From: Eledone cirrhosa
Lineage: Eukaryota
Reading direction: 5' to 3'
Length of the DNA: 64,000 bases
NCBI GenBank assembly: GCA_964016885.1
Contig: OZ024743.1
Coordinates: 261,206,001 to 261,270,000 of the forward strand
Made by a program: the position numbers and the translations under genes. Below, piece after piece: positions 24,129 to 36,701 of this stretch. Below the pieces are notes generated by a model that was not told where the DNA came from, did no database searches, and saw only the letters and a list, made by a program, of their open reading frames with translations. The number at the start of each line of letters is the position of its first letter. Within the stretch, counting starts at the first letter, position 1.

Positions 24129-27100
24129 TTTAGTGAATTGGCCATAGGGTTATCTACTCCAGTAAATACCACTACATGCCAACCACTAATTTAATTTGTT
24201 TAGAAGATGTAAAAGAAATGACGATGTAATAACTGGAGCATGACGAATATTTCAGAAACGAGTATCAATAACGACTTGTATTTATTGAAGTGTGCTTGTT
24301 ACAATTTTTGTAGTAAAACGTTCCTTGTGCCATATGGTGTAATCCTGAGATACAAGATAGGATTAGAAAAAAACTTAACATGTCTGTGCTTGGTGTGGTC
24401 AGTTCTAGAGCCTGCTGGTAAAAGAGAGGGAGATTGCCCTTTGCTCTTTCTTTTATAATCTCTGGAACGGAAGTTCAAGGAATATTCTAGAAATTCTATG
24501 GGAAGTAACTCTAGCTACTTCCCTTTGTCTAGAAACTGCTACAAGACTCCCCTCTCAGATGAGAAGTCGAATAACCAACCAAAGGTCATTGTAGCGAGAA
24601 CCCGTAAGAAATGAGGAGCAAAGCAAAGGTACAATAAAGTGCATGAATAAAACATGAGCTCGCAACTGAAGCAAATAGCAAAAAAGCACAAAACAAGTAA
24701 ATGCATTTTACAAAGAAAAATGTAAATGTAACAAAACTGATAATTCAAAGTTAACATAAAGGAGCAGAGAAAAATTAATGCTCAATGGTAAGTTCAAAGT
24801 TTCTTCAAAATCAAATAGTTCATACATCACCAGTTTACAGACTTTTCTGACTAATTCTATCTGAAACTGAAAAAAAGTTTGTTAATGCCACTAGAGGTTA
24901 AATGTATATAGTGTTTGACAGTTTACGTGGCCATTTTACTGTTCTGCCACCTCGTGTGACATATGGTTGTGTGGTATGTGGTGTTTGCGGTGGAGGTGAA
25001 GGTGTTGGTGTGGGAGTGAATGTACAAGGTGTATCAGGCATTGTAATGAGACTTTCAGAGAAAGCCCTCTTTGCTCTGTCAATGGATATTGTCTCTTTTT
25101 GACCATTGACAGCCACTGTGAAATGTTTTGGTGTGTGCAAAAGCACATGAAAAGGTCCATTATAGGGTGACTTAAGCAGTCCCTTGATGGAATCATTCCG
25201 TATAAAAATGTGTGTCCATGTAGAGATATCCAATGGAACAGCAGAAGAAATAGACTGGTCACGTGGGTTCATTAGTGGAAGATCCGAGAAGTAAGAACGA
25301 ATCCTGGTGACATATGATGTTGGATCAAGATGCAATGAGTCAACCAGTGCTAGCATTTGACCGGGAAGAGTCAAGGTGGTACCGTAAAGAAGTTCAGCTG
25401 AGGAGAAACCCAAATCTGTCTTATGGCAGAACGACAATCAAGAAGCACGATTGGCAAAAATTTGGTTCAATGTTGCGGATCAGGAGTAGCGTGGAGTGCA
25501 GCTTTCAAATGTCTGTGAAACCTCTCCACCATTCCGTTGGAGGCTGGGTGATAGCTGGTCGTATGAATGTGATGAGCACCCAAAAGTCGTGATATTTCAT
25601 GAAATAAGGAAGTCTCGAACTGTCATCCGCGAACCGTGGTTATTTTAGAAGGAACACCAAAACGAGCAACCCAATTAGAAATGAAAGCTCGGGCAACGGA
25701 CTCGGCTGTTATGTCCACTAGGGGTATGGCTTCAGGCCACCGAGAGAAACGATCGATACAGGTCAATATATATGTGAACCCACAACTAACGGACCAAGGA
25801 CCAACAATATCCATGTGAATGTGACGGAAACGGGTGTCCGGCGGGCTGACTTTACCAAGAGGAGCGCGAACATGCCGATAAATCTTAGAGCGCTGACACT
25901 TCAAACAAGAACGTGCTCAACAGGTGATTAAACGACGTATATTAGGCCAGAAAAATCGGGCCGTGATGAGCTTCACCGTGGCAGCTATGCCGGAATGCGA
26001 CAAGGAATGAAGTGCATCAAAAACGGTACGTTGATGGCAATCTGGAACAAGTGGTCTGGGTGAGCCAGTAGAAATATTGCAGAGAATTTTTCCTTCAGAA
26101 GATGGAAAAAGGTAAATATTCCAATTTGCAGCAGGAGAACTGGTCAGATGAAATGTCCAATGAATCCAAAGTAGGTTGGTCAGTTGCCATGGCAACCAAA
26201 TCGATATGTGCAGGAGATGCAAGAGAACACACAGAAAGTCAAACAGTTCGTCCGCGGGTATGTTGGCAGCTCCGGCTATATGACGAATGTCACTGGTGTA
26301 CTGGGAGATGAGATCCAAATGCCTATATGCCCTCGGAGAGTACCTGTCGGATTTGGATTGGAGAGCGAATGTTAGCGGTTTATGGTCCGTGAATATCGTG
26401 AACTCCCGCCCTTCCAAAAAATGGTGGAAGTGCTTCCCGGCAAGATGGACTGCCAAAAGTTCTGTCAAAGGTGCTGTATCTCTGTTCCGCTGGTTTAAGT
26501 TGGCGTGAGAAAAATGCCAGTGGTTGAACCTGGTGGTTGATCGTATGTTGCAAAACTGCTCCAACAGCATGATCGGACGCATCAACATTTAAAGAAAGCC
26601 TCGCGTTTGCAACAGGATGGGCGAGGAAAGAAGCTTCAGCTATTTCGGACTTGACGGATTCAAACGATTGCAAATTATTGGCAGAAAGTGCAATGGGTGC
26701 ATCTTTCTTTTTTGCATCCTTTAAAAGCTGTGTCAAAGGGAATAACTTTTCAGCACAGTTGGGAATAAAACAATGATAAAAGTTAATTAATCCCAAGAAA
26801 TGACGTAACTGTCTCAGTGAGGTGGGGGGGGGGGGATATGCTGAATTGCTTCTACCTTAGATGGCAAAGGTCGAATGCCTTCCGAATCTATCAGATGTCC
26901 AAGGAATTCCAGTGAAGCTGTACCAAACACACATTTAGCTGGGTTGATTCTGACTTGGTACGATTGAAGACGTTGAAATAACTGGGATAGATGTTGATGA
27001 TGATGTTCAGCTGTGTCACTGGTTATCAGGAGGTCATCCACGTAAGCAAACACGAAATCCAATCCACACGTGACTTCATCGATAAAACGCTGGAACGTGC

Positions 27101-29633
27101 TAGAGGCATTCCACAAACCAAAAGGCATGGACAGGAATTCAAATAAACCAAAGGGGGTGGTCATGGCTGTCTTTGGTATATCCTCTGGATTCATGGGTAT
27201 CTGGTGGTATGCACGTATTAGATCTATTTTGGAAAATATCGTGCATCCATGAAGAACGGATGAAAAATCCTGTGGGTTTGGTAAAGGATAACGATCAGGT
27301 GTGGTGATAGCGTTAAGTCTTCGGTAATCTCCTACTGGTCTAAAATCCACTTTCGAGCCAAGTGCAGTGAAGATGCCATGGGCTTGTGGACGGTCATATA
27401 AGACCGAGCTGGAGCATGTGCTGGAACTCGTTTCATGCTTTTTTTAGTCTATCCGGAGCCAACCTCCGTGGACAAGAGAAAACAGGAGGACCAGTCGCTG
27501 TAACGAAGTGTTGAGTCAAGTGGACTGCCTGGGTAGGTTTAAATGAAATATCCGTTAACTCGGGAAACGAAGTAAGGAGTGCATGGAACTGGTTTCCAGC
27601 GGCAGCCACAAAAAATGACGGACTGACAACAGCAGCGGTAGATTTACGAGTAGGCGTAGATAAGGATGTGGTACTATCCACAAGTTTCTGGTTCCTGACA
27701 TCTACCAAAAGTGAATAGGATGAGGTAGGTCGGCAATGACAAAAATCTATTTAAAATCTCGACGCAAAGCTAGGTCCAATGGTAAAGATATCTGTCCATA
27801 GGCTTTTATAGGAGACTGATTTACTGCATACAAAGAAATGCCGGAGAGAGTTGGCTTGGTAGAGTTGAACCGTAAAGTCCAAATACTGCAACTAAACCCT
27901 GTGTCCACCATAAACGACCTGTTTGAGACTCAGACTCTGATGAAGAAAGCACGAGAAGGTGAATTATTGAGGGAGAGGTCTGCTGTGCCCAGACTCTCCA
28001 ATTTTAGTTTTCCGAGGCCTCGAAAGAGCAGGGCTGAATACAATGTTTCGCCTTTTCACGAAAACGCACGTGATACCAACACAAAGATGAGTTGTTGGTG
28101 GGGAAGTTGGCGCGACGATGAAGAGAAGGAGACCGACTTCGTGAACGCCACTTAGATGGCGTTCGCTCCCGACACAGTTTAGCTACTTGACGATTTAACT
28201 CGTCAATGGCTCTCAACATTGAGTCCTCACGAGGTGAAGCAGGCTGGGTTTTAAAAGCAGAAGAAGCGACAACTGAATCTGCCAAAGTAGGCTCTCGAGA
28301 AAATTCCATAATGCGGTCCGCCGAGGCCGCAAACTGTTCCAAAGAACTGGTGTCGACCATATTCGCCAATATGGTCTGCACATTTATTGGCAAACGGAAG
28401 AAGAATAGCTGTTTTACGAAGGAATTGTCCTCTGCTGTTGAGTCGCTCAGTTCCCGGATACGCTGTAAAAATTGAGATGGAGTTCTGTCACCCAGGTTTT
28501 CCTCTTCCAACAAGGAACAAAATCTACTCAAAGACGAGCGTCTGTTTCGTCTGAGCACTTCTGCCTTTAGGGTTTCGTAAGATGTGCCTTGTGGAGGATC
28601 TGTAATTATGTCTTTAACTGAGGTTGCCAGCGAAGCAGGAATTCCACTGATAAGCACGTGTAATCTATGTTGTGCCACTTGAACACCGTGGGCAGCAAAA
28701 TACAAGTCCAGTTGAGCAAACCACAATTGGCATCACCAGAAAATGCTGGTAACGAAGAATTGCTCATGATTAACACCGTAGACGCTGAGCGAGAATTTCT
28801 TTGTTGTTTCTTTTTTTTTTTTTTTTTTTTTTTTTTTCAACTACCGCACACGTGGTAGTACCATGAATAACTTAAGTAAAAAATATAGCACCGAGCAAGT
28901 AAGATGGCGACTTCAAAAAAACGAAAGCTTGGTTCAACCAAAGACGGGACAATTTTTTTTAGTGAATTATCACGCTGTCAACATGGCGACTTGCTTCTTC
29001 AATTTTTCTATTTTGTTCGCCCCACACGAACTGACTGAAAAAACTGACTTTCTAGAGTTGAGAACAATTTTTTTTCTGTGTTGTTGCTTTTTTTAATTTT
29101 TTTTATGTGTTGTTGCCTGCATTTATGCCCACTGTTGTGTCAAATATTTTCACATCACGTCAGGTCACCAATTTTAACAATAAGATATAATATATTTATC
29201 ATCACTTTGGGGTCACCAATTTAGTGAATTGACCTTAGGGTTATCTACTCCAGTAAATACCACTACATGCCAACCACTAATTTAATTTGTTTAGAAGATG
29301 TAAAAGAAATGACGATGTAATAACTGGAGCATGACGAATATTTCAGAAACGAGTATCAATAACGACTTGTATTTATTGAAGTGTGCTTGTTACAATTTTT
29401 GTAGTAAAACGTTCCTTGTGCCATATGGTGTAATCCTGAGATACAAGATAGGATTAGAAAAAAACTTAACATGTCTGTGCTTGGTGTGGTCAGTTCTAGA
29501 GCCTGCTGGTAAAGAGAGGGAGATTGCCCTTTGCTCTTTCTTTTATAATCTCTGGAACGGAAGTTCAAGGAATATTCTAGAAATTCTACGGCAAGTAACT
29601 CTAGCTACTTCCCTTTGTCTAGAGAGCACTACA
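24129..29633 (-). mobile_element. Full-length but disabled Gypsy LTR retrotransposon, CsRn1-like clade (element 1)
   Basis: LTRs 24129-24543 and 29220-29633; gag with CX2HX9CX3C (CWYHVRFREKAKHCIQPC); protease VDTG; RT YVDD; RNase H; integrase with GPF; tRNA-Trp PBS; PPT near 24547-24556; imperfect TSD ccac/ccat. Confidence 0.96.
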
Positions 29634-30175
29634 CCATTATCACCACCACCACCATGATCATCATCATCATCATCACCAATGTCATTTTACATCCATTTTT
29701 CCATGCTGACATGGGTTGGACTAATAACATCAATGATATAATAATAGTATGCTTTCAAAATACAATGCTGTATGGCCTTAAAATGTGAGCCACAATTGCA
29801 GAGGATTTCAAAGTCTAGAAATAAATAAAGTGAGTATGCTATGCTCCAGTGTTTGTGCAATGTTGTGTGCATTAACATTGGAGGATAAATTAGCTTATAA
29901 AAATTAAAATAACTAGGCATTAGAGGAAGCAGATGTAGTGTGCAAGAGAAGATTGCACTGGTATGGACATGTGATGCATAGAGATGATGACAGCTGTATA
30001 AAAAAGTGCAGGACACTCAGGGCAGATGGAGCCTTTAGAAAGATGTCCAATCTTAGAAACCATGCTAAACTGGAACATATGTAAGCAATCAGATTGATTT
30101 TGACTTGGTTGGTAATTACCCCTCCAACCCATGCCAATATAGAAAAATACAGGTGTAAAATTATTATTATTATTA

Positions 30176-30400
30176 GGGCGGTGGATTGGCAGAATCGGTA
30201 GAGGGGTGGACACTTTGCTTTGCAACATAGTTACGGCACTTTACGTTCTGAGTTCAAATCCCACTGAGGTTAGCTTTGCCTTTCATCCTTATGGGATCGA
30301 TAAATGAAGCACCAGTAATACACTGGGGTCAATTTAATCGATCTTACCCTCCCCTTCAAATTGCTGGCCTTGTGCCTAAAGTAGAAATGATTATTATTAT
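30176..30400 (+). mobile_element. tRNA-derived SINE (representative full copy; many more in the window)
   Basis: Pol III A box tggcagaatcgg, B box gagttcaaatcc, core gcctttcatcc...tcgataaa..caccag, (ATT)n tail. Confidence 0.88.
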
Positions 30401-31525
30401 CATCATCATCATCAACATCATATAAAATGACATCTAGTGAACTTGTTACTGCTTAATGCATCTTCAATTAATTCATTGTCAATCAGTTTGTTGTCAGTCA
30501 ATTCATTGTCAGTCAATCAACATCAGTCAATTTTTTGTCTGTCAATCAGTCTCAGTCAATTTGTTATCTGTCAATCAGTGTCAGAATTTGATAGATAAAA
30601 AATGTAAGAAAGCTTATTATATCATCATTTCATGTCTATTTTTCCAACATATATACGCATGCGCTTCTGAAGACTCGCCTTCCCATGTGCACAGGAAGCA
30701 GCAAACAGGTAGAGGATATTAATCTGTACCATTCTTTCCTCTCCCTCCCACACACCTTCCCCAATTTTAATTCCCCCCCCCTCTATCACCAGCTAGGTAT
30801 CCCACCATAGACCTTGCCACTCACCTCATCCATGTCCGACATGTATACTCGTCCAGCTCCCCCTAACCTTCACCTTCCACACCCTGATACACCTCTTCTG
30901 TCCAACCCATACATACAAGCATCGAAAGCTGGACACACTCCTCACTTGCTCTCCAATAGTATTGCTGCCACAACAAAAATGCTCCCAGTCCACTCTGTAA
31001 GGTCTTCATTTTGGTGCCATGATAAAAAGCTTCCATGTGGTTGTCATTAGGAAAGGCAATCAGCTGTAGAAACCATGCCAAAAACAAATCTGTATGAGCA
31101 AGACATGGTCATCTAACCTGACTTATCTCATAATGACACAACCCATCTTATCCATGCAAGCTTGGAAAATCGGTGTTAAACAAGGACGATGATGATGTGT
31201 GTGTGTATGTGTACATGTGTATGTGTGTGTCTGTCGCTGTAAACATCATATTGGTACCATTTATATGGCCTTTGATGACAGTTGTTTATTTCCCTAATAA
31301 ATGATAGATCTGCCAGTGTAGCAGTCTGACTGATGTTAGTGGTATATACCATATGGTTACCATATAGTATAAGTTGGCATTAAGAAGGGCATCTGGCCAT
31401 AGAAAACCTGCCAAAAATGATCTTGTTGCAAATTTGGGAAAACCAGCATAAAAAGGGAATCAGGTAGATATAGAATTTCTGTTTGTTCTAAATCTTCAAC
31501 ATTTTCATTTTATTCTTCTAAATAG

Positions 31526-31607
31526 GCAACAGCTTGGAACTATTCGAACCAATTGTGTTGATTGCCTTGATCGAACAAATTCTGTTCAACGCCTATATGG
31601 CTTATAT
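31526..31607 (+). CDS. SYNJ1: Synaptojanin exon with Sac1 catalytic CX5R(T) motif ([21 protein letters not shown])
   Basis: aatag acceptor, TAT|gtaagt donor; [12 protein letters not shown]. Not in the ORF track. Confidence 0.97.
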
Positions 31608-32152
31608 GTAAGTTATATTATTATTATATGTAAGTTATATGTAACATGGTGTGGTTAATATGAGACATTGCGAGGTATATATAATAAAAGAACGATAATT
31701 TTCAAAGATACAATGTGGTAGAAGAATACAAAGGGCATGTGATGACAAATAAAACATTACTTTGTATTGTTTGTCATCACTTGCCCTTTGTATTCTTCTA
31801 CTGCATTGTACTGGCTTTTGGAAATTTATTGGTCTTTTATTATATATAAGTTATATTGCTATTACCAGCTGAAACTTTTAACTCATATTTATAACAAGAA
31901 TATACCATCTTTCTTCTTTTTCTTCTTCTTCTTTGCCTTCTCCTCCTCCTCCTTCTTCTTCTTCCTGAGAGAGTCTTGGGGGCAGAGTCCTCAAACACTC
32001 CTTCCAGCGGGCCTTGTCAGACGCAACCGTCTCCAACGAATCCGACTGGATACCCAAGCGTAAACAGCCAAGCTCATGGATGTTATCCTCTTCTTTTGCT
32101 TCTTCTCCTCCTCCTTGTTTCACAACAATAACATTTTTTCTTTAATTTTCAG

Positions 32153-32308
32153 ATTCTTAAAAGACAGATGGAAGCATTGGGATTTGGAGGAAAGATTCAA
32201 ATGGTATCTCGTTTTGAAGAAGTTTTCAAACAAATATGGACAGAAAATGGTGACCATATCAGCCGTATTTATGCTGGCACTGGTGCCATGGGTGGTGGTC
32301 GATCTAAA
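32153..32308 (+). CDS. SYNJ1: Synaptojanin exon (ILKRQMEALG...WTENGDHISRIYAGTGAMGGGRSK)
   Basis: tttcag acceptor, AAA|gtaagt donor; Sac1 NGD.IS.IYAGTGA motif. Confidence 0.96.
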
Positions 32309-33608
32309 GTAAGTACCAATGTAACCTTATTCCAAGGATTTGTTTTCTTTTCTAGTTATCTGTATATAATTAATTTGTACAAACATATTGTAGTTTGTGC
32401 TATTTTCAACTCTTATCAGTTTACCATCATAGTTGTCGTACCATGGACCCCTACTTGGCATAAAACCAAACTGCATCTCAAATAGCTCTTCCAATGCCTC
32501 TTTCTTTTCAACATCAGTAAGGGCAAGTGTTCCACTATCATTTCAAATTCCTCACACACTATCTTACAACACACATATACAGTCTGTTCGTTTTTTACAT
32601 GAACTTGAAGTTTGAGAATTCACTTTAATGCTTCTTGAAAAAATATTAAATATTCACTTTGTGTGAATGCTATATAATGCCTGTGGTTTAAAATTTTTTT
32701 TATTTATGTGAATTTGCTTGACGCACCGCGTTCGCGAACGCATTTTCGCATAAAAAGTGAACAAACTGTATATGAAAAATGTTTGTGTGGCCCACATCAT
32801 AGACATTTCACTTTGTCTCATAGCCAAGGTACTATAAAATCAGACCCCTAAATAAATGGACATACTTGAGGCTCAATTTCTACATAATGATCTCTATAAT
32901 TTTTCTTTCTTCTAATCCAGTGGGTTTCAGAGACCCAACACACACTCTTCTTGCAATCTCAGGTTTCTTCAATTTCTCCCCATTTTGAATTGTCATCTAG
33001 TAATCTTTCACCCAAGCATCATGTTAACATGATCAAGCTTTTCAAGCCTCAATAATTGTATAGTCCCAAAGGGATTAAACCTTTTGTGAATTGTTAAATC
33101 ATGATCTCCCTTATAATTAGTTGTGTTGGTATTTCATTTAATATATATACACGATGGACACTATAGTTGGGTATATTGGTATTTCATTTGATATATATAT
33201 ATATAATATACACTATAGTTGGGTATATTGATATTTCATTTGGTATATATATATATAATATACACTATAGTTGGGTATATTGATATTTCATTTGGTATAT
33301 ATATATATAATATACACTATAGTTGGGTATATTGATATTTCATTTGGTATATATATATATAATATACACTATAGTTGGGTATATTGATATTTCATTTGGT
33401 ATATATATAATATACACTATAGTTGGGTATATTGGTATTTCATTTGGTATATATATATATAATATACACTATAGTTGGGTATATTGGTATTTCATTTGGT
33501 ATATATATATATATAATATACACTATAGTTGGGTATATTGATATTTCATTTGATATATATATAATATACACTATAGTTGGGTATATTGGTATTTCATTTG
33601 ATATATAT

Positions 33609-35719
33609 CCGGAATGATAAAGGTGAGCTTGCCCTCACAAGTGCTGAGAAGAAAGATGCATGGAAGAGTCATTATGATAGATTACTAAATGAGGAGAATG
33701 CATGGGAAGAAGAGACCCTACCCCAAGTAGACCCTATAGAGGGGCCAGCAGTACAAGTCAGCAGCAGCGTAGTAAGTAAGGCAATCAAAGATCTGAAGAT
33801 GGGGAAGGCAACCGGTCCATCGGGTATAGCTGCCGAGATGCTGAAGGCATCTGGGTCTGTAGGTCACACTATAACCACATGTATTGTTAACCAGGTAATA
33901 CTAGAAGGTGTCATACCAAAAGATTGGTGCAGTAGCATCATTGTCAACTGCTACAAAGGTAAAGGTGATGCACTCGATAGAGGAAACTATAGAGGTATAA
34001 AGCTGATGGACCAGGTCATGAAAGTAACAGAAAGAGTTATAGCACAGATGATTAGGGACCGGGTGAAACTAGATGAGATGCAATTTGGGTTTGTACCAGG
34101 AAGAGGCACCACTGATGCCCTCTTCCTTGTGAGGCAGTTACAGGAAAAGTACCTAGCTAAAAGTAAGCCACTCTACCTGGCATTCGTCGATCTCGAGAAA
34201 GCCTTTGACAAGAGTTCCACGTGCTGTAATCTGGTGGGCTCTTAGAAAACTAGGAGTAGATGAATGGCTTGTGAAAGCTGCACAAGCCATGTATAGGGGA
34301 GCAGTCAGCAAAGTTAGGGTTAGCAATGAGTATAGCGAGGAATTTAGTGTACAGGTTGGTGTCCACCAGGGCTCTGTTCTTAGCCCTCTCCTGTTCATCA
34401 TAGTCCTGCAGGCAATAACGGAGGAGTTTAAGACCGGATGCTCATGGGAACTCCTGTATGCTGATGACCTCGCACTTATAGCTGAATCTATGGTAGAACT
34501 AGAGAATAAATTCCAAACTTGGAAGCAGGGACTAGAAAGAAAGGGTCTCAAAGTCAACATGACAAAGACTAAGGTCCTTGTAAGTAGACGAGAAAACAGA
34601 ACCCAGATCCCCTCAGGGAAATGGCCTTGCTCAGTATGTAGGAAAGGTGTAGGTAGGAACTCCATTCTTTGCCCCAAATGCAAACAATGGGTACACAAGA
34701 GATGTAGCGGGATCTCAGGAAGCTTAATTAAGAATGTAGGCTTCACATGCAGCAGCTGTACTGGGACAGCAAGCAGCAAACAGCCACAGGAAACAAGTAC
34801 CACCAAACTCTGGGAGGGCTCTGTAGAGACAGTAGACAGCTTCTGCTACCTAGGTGACCAAATTAGCAGCGGAGGTGGGTGTTCAGAAAGTACAATAACT
34901 AGGGTAAGAACGGGATGGAAGAAGTTCAGGGAACTACTACCACTGCTAGCTGCAAAAGGCTTCTCCCTCAGAATGAAAGGCAGACTGTATGATGCGTGTA
35001 TCCGAACAGCAATGTTACATGGTAGTGAGACCTGGGCGCTGAAGGTGGAAGACTTACGTAGATTAGAGAGAAACGAAGCCTGCATGCTCCGATGGATGTG
35101 TAACAGTAATATACGTGAACGGCAAAGCATAAATGAATTGAGAGAGAGACTTAGCATAAGAGGAATCAAATGCTGTGTGCAAGAGAGGCGGTTGCGTTGG
35201 TATGGACATGTGATGCGTATGAAGGATGACAGCTGCATAAAATGGTGCAGAGCACTAGAAGTCAATGGAAACCGCGGAGTGGGGAGACCCAAGATGACCT
35301 GGGATGAGGTGATAAAAGCTGACCTTACCCAATTACACCTCTCAAAGACAATGACACACGACCGTGACTTCTGGCGTCACGCAGTAATACAGAGTACCCG
35401 ACCTCCCATGGGTACAAGCTGAAGCATATAGACAATATGACCCCACACCCTCCCACTGCAAGGTGGTCGTGGAGGTGCCACGGCAAAAAAGCACCCAGCC
35501 CACACTGTAAAGTGGACGTGTAGGTGCCACGAAAAAGCACCCAGCACTCACTGTAAATAAGGTTGGTGTTAGGAAGGGCATCCAGCTGTAGAAATCAAGC
35601 CAAATCAGTTCCTGTATGAGCAAGGCATGGTCAGCCGACCAGACACTGCCCACGACAGGACAACCCGTCTAACCCATGCTAGCGTGGAAGAATGGACGTA
35701 AAACGGTGATGATGATGAT
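33609..35719 (+). mobile_element. Young 5'-truncated RTE LINE (complete RT, one frameshift near 34210)
   Basis: ORFs 33577-34245 and 34205-35422: NYRGIKL, QFGFVPGR, QGSVLSP, YADD; 3' UTR; (GAT)n tail. Confidence 0.97.
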
Positions 35720-36063
35720 ATATATATATAATATACACTATAGTTGGGTATATTGGTATTTCATTTGGTATATATATAATATAATATACACTATAGTTGA
35801 GTATATTGATATTTCATTTGATATATACACAATGTACACTATAGTTGGGTATATTGGTATTTCATTTGATATATATATAATATACACTATAGTTGGGTAT
35901 ATTGGTATTTCATTTGATATATATATAATATACACTATAGTTGGGTATATTGGTATTTCATTTGATATATATATAATATACACTATAGTTGGGTATATTG
36001 GTATTTCATTTGGTATATATATAATATACACTATAGTTGGGTATATTGGTATTTCTTTTGATA

Positions 36064-36652
36064 TGTAGTGACCTACATTCCGCGGGCTCACATATATTCT
36101 CTGTGTGTGAATTGGCTCAGTTCAGCCAATCAGCGCCAGTAGAAGAGGATGTATCCCTACGCGCCCTGAGGAAGAAATTCCCCGCGAGGATTTGAAGAAT
36201 CACTCTCTTGTACCAGGAACTTCGAGCCAGCAACACGCATAATGTAACGGTGAGATATTGCACCCTAGCCTCGCCGGCTTTTCGGCGCAATGGCACATTC
36301 CCTTTTGTAACCTCTTTTTATATGTAACTTCAACCATATAAGTTAACAAACATTGTTTGTGCTACATCAAAAATAAACATATATTTCATCTATAATTTCT
36401 GCTGTTGAAATCATTATTATGTTACTCGTGTCTCAATAACATCTGTAATCTATGTTGCCGGAATTGGCGACCTGACGAAAGGAATATTGTAAATACTAAG
36501 ATGGTAAATAAATCGAGGGACCTTCCCTCACGTCTATGTCGACAAGATAATCCAACGAGGATACTATCACTTACCACACTGGCAACTAACGACCCTTCAT
36601 TCTACTACCCTGCTAAAGTGGTGAACACGACTACTCATCACATACTGCTAAA
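36064..36652 (+). mobile_element. Solo LTR, CsRn1-like
   Basis: TGTAG...CTAAA termini as in the two full elements; 4-bp TSD GATA (36060-36063 and 36653-36656); internal aataaa. Confidence 0.8.
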
Positions 36653-36701
36653 GATATATACACAATGTACACTATAGTTGGGTATATTGGTATTTCATTT
36701 G

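Noticed and set aside
24240-24458. Duplicated ORF MTNISETSINND (also 29331-29657)
   Set aside because: Antisense reading of the two LTRs of Gypsy 1; identity reflects the LTR duplication.
30176-30270. tRNA gene suggested by A and B boxes
   Set aside because: Head of a high-copy SINE with core and (ATT)n tail; I could not build a cloverleaf.
32460-33110. Possible DNA transposon or Helitron remnant with a CpG-rich patch near 32720
   Set aside because: I could not establish termini or a translatable motif by eye.
33120-36063. CRISPR-like appearance of regularly spaced repeats
   Set aside because: The spacers are only (TA)n length variants, not unique sequences; eukaryotic context and no cas genes.
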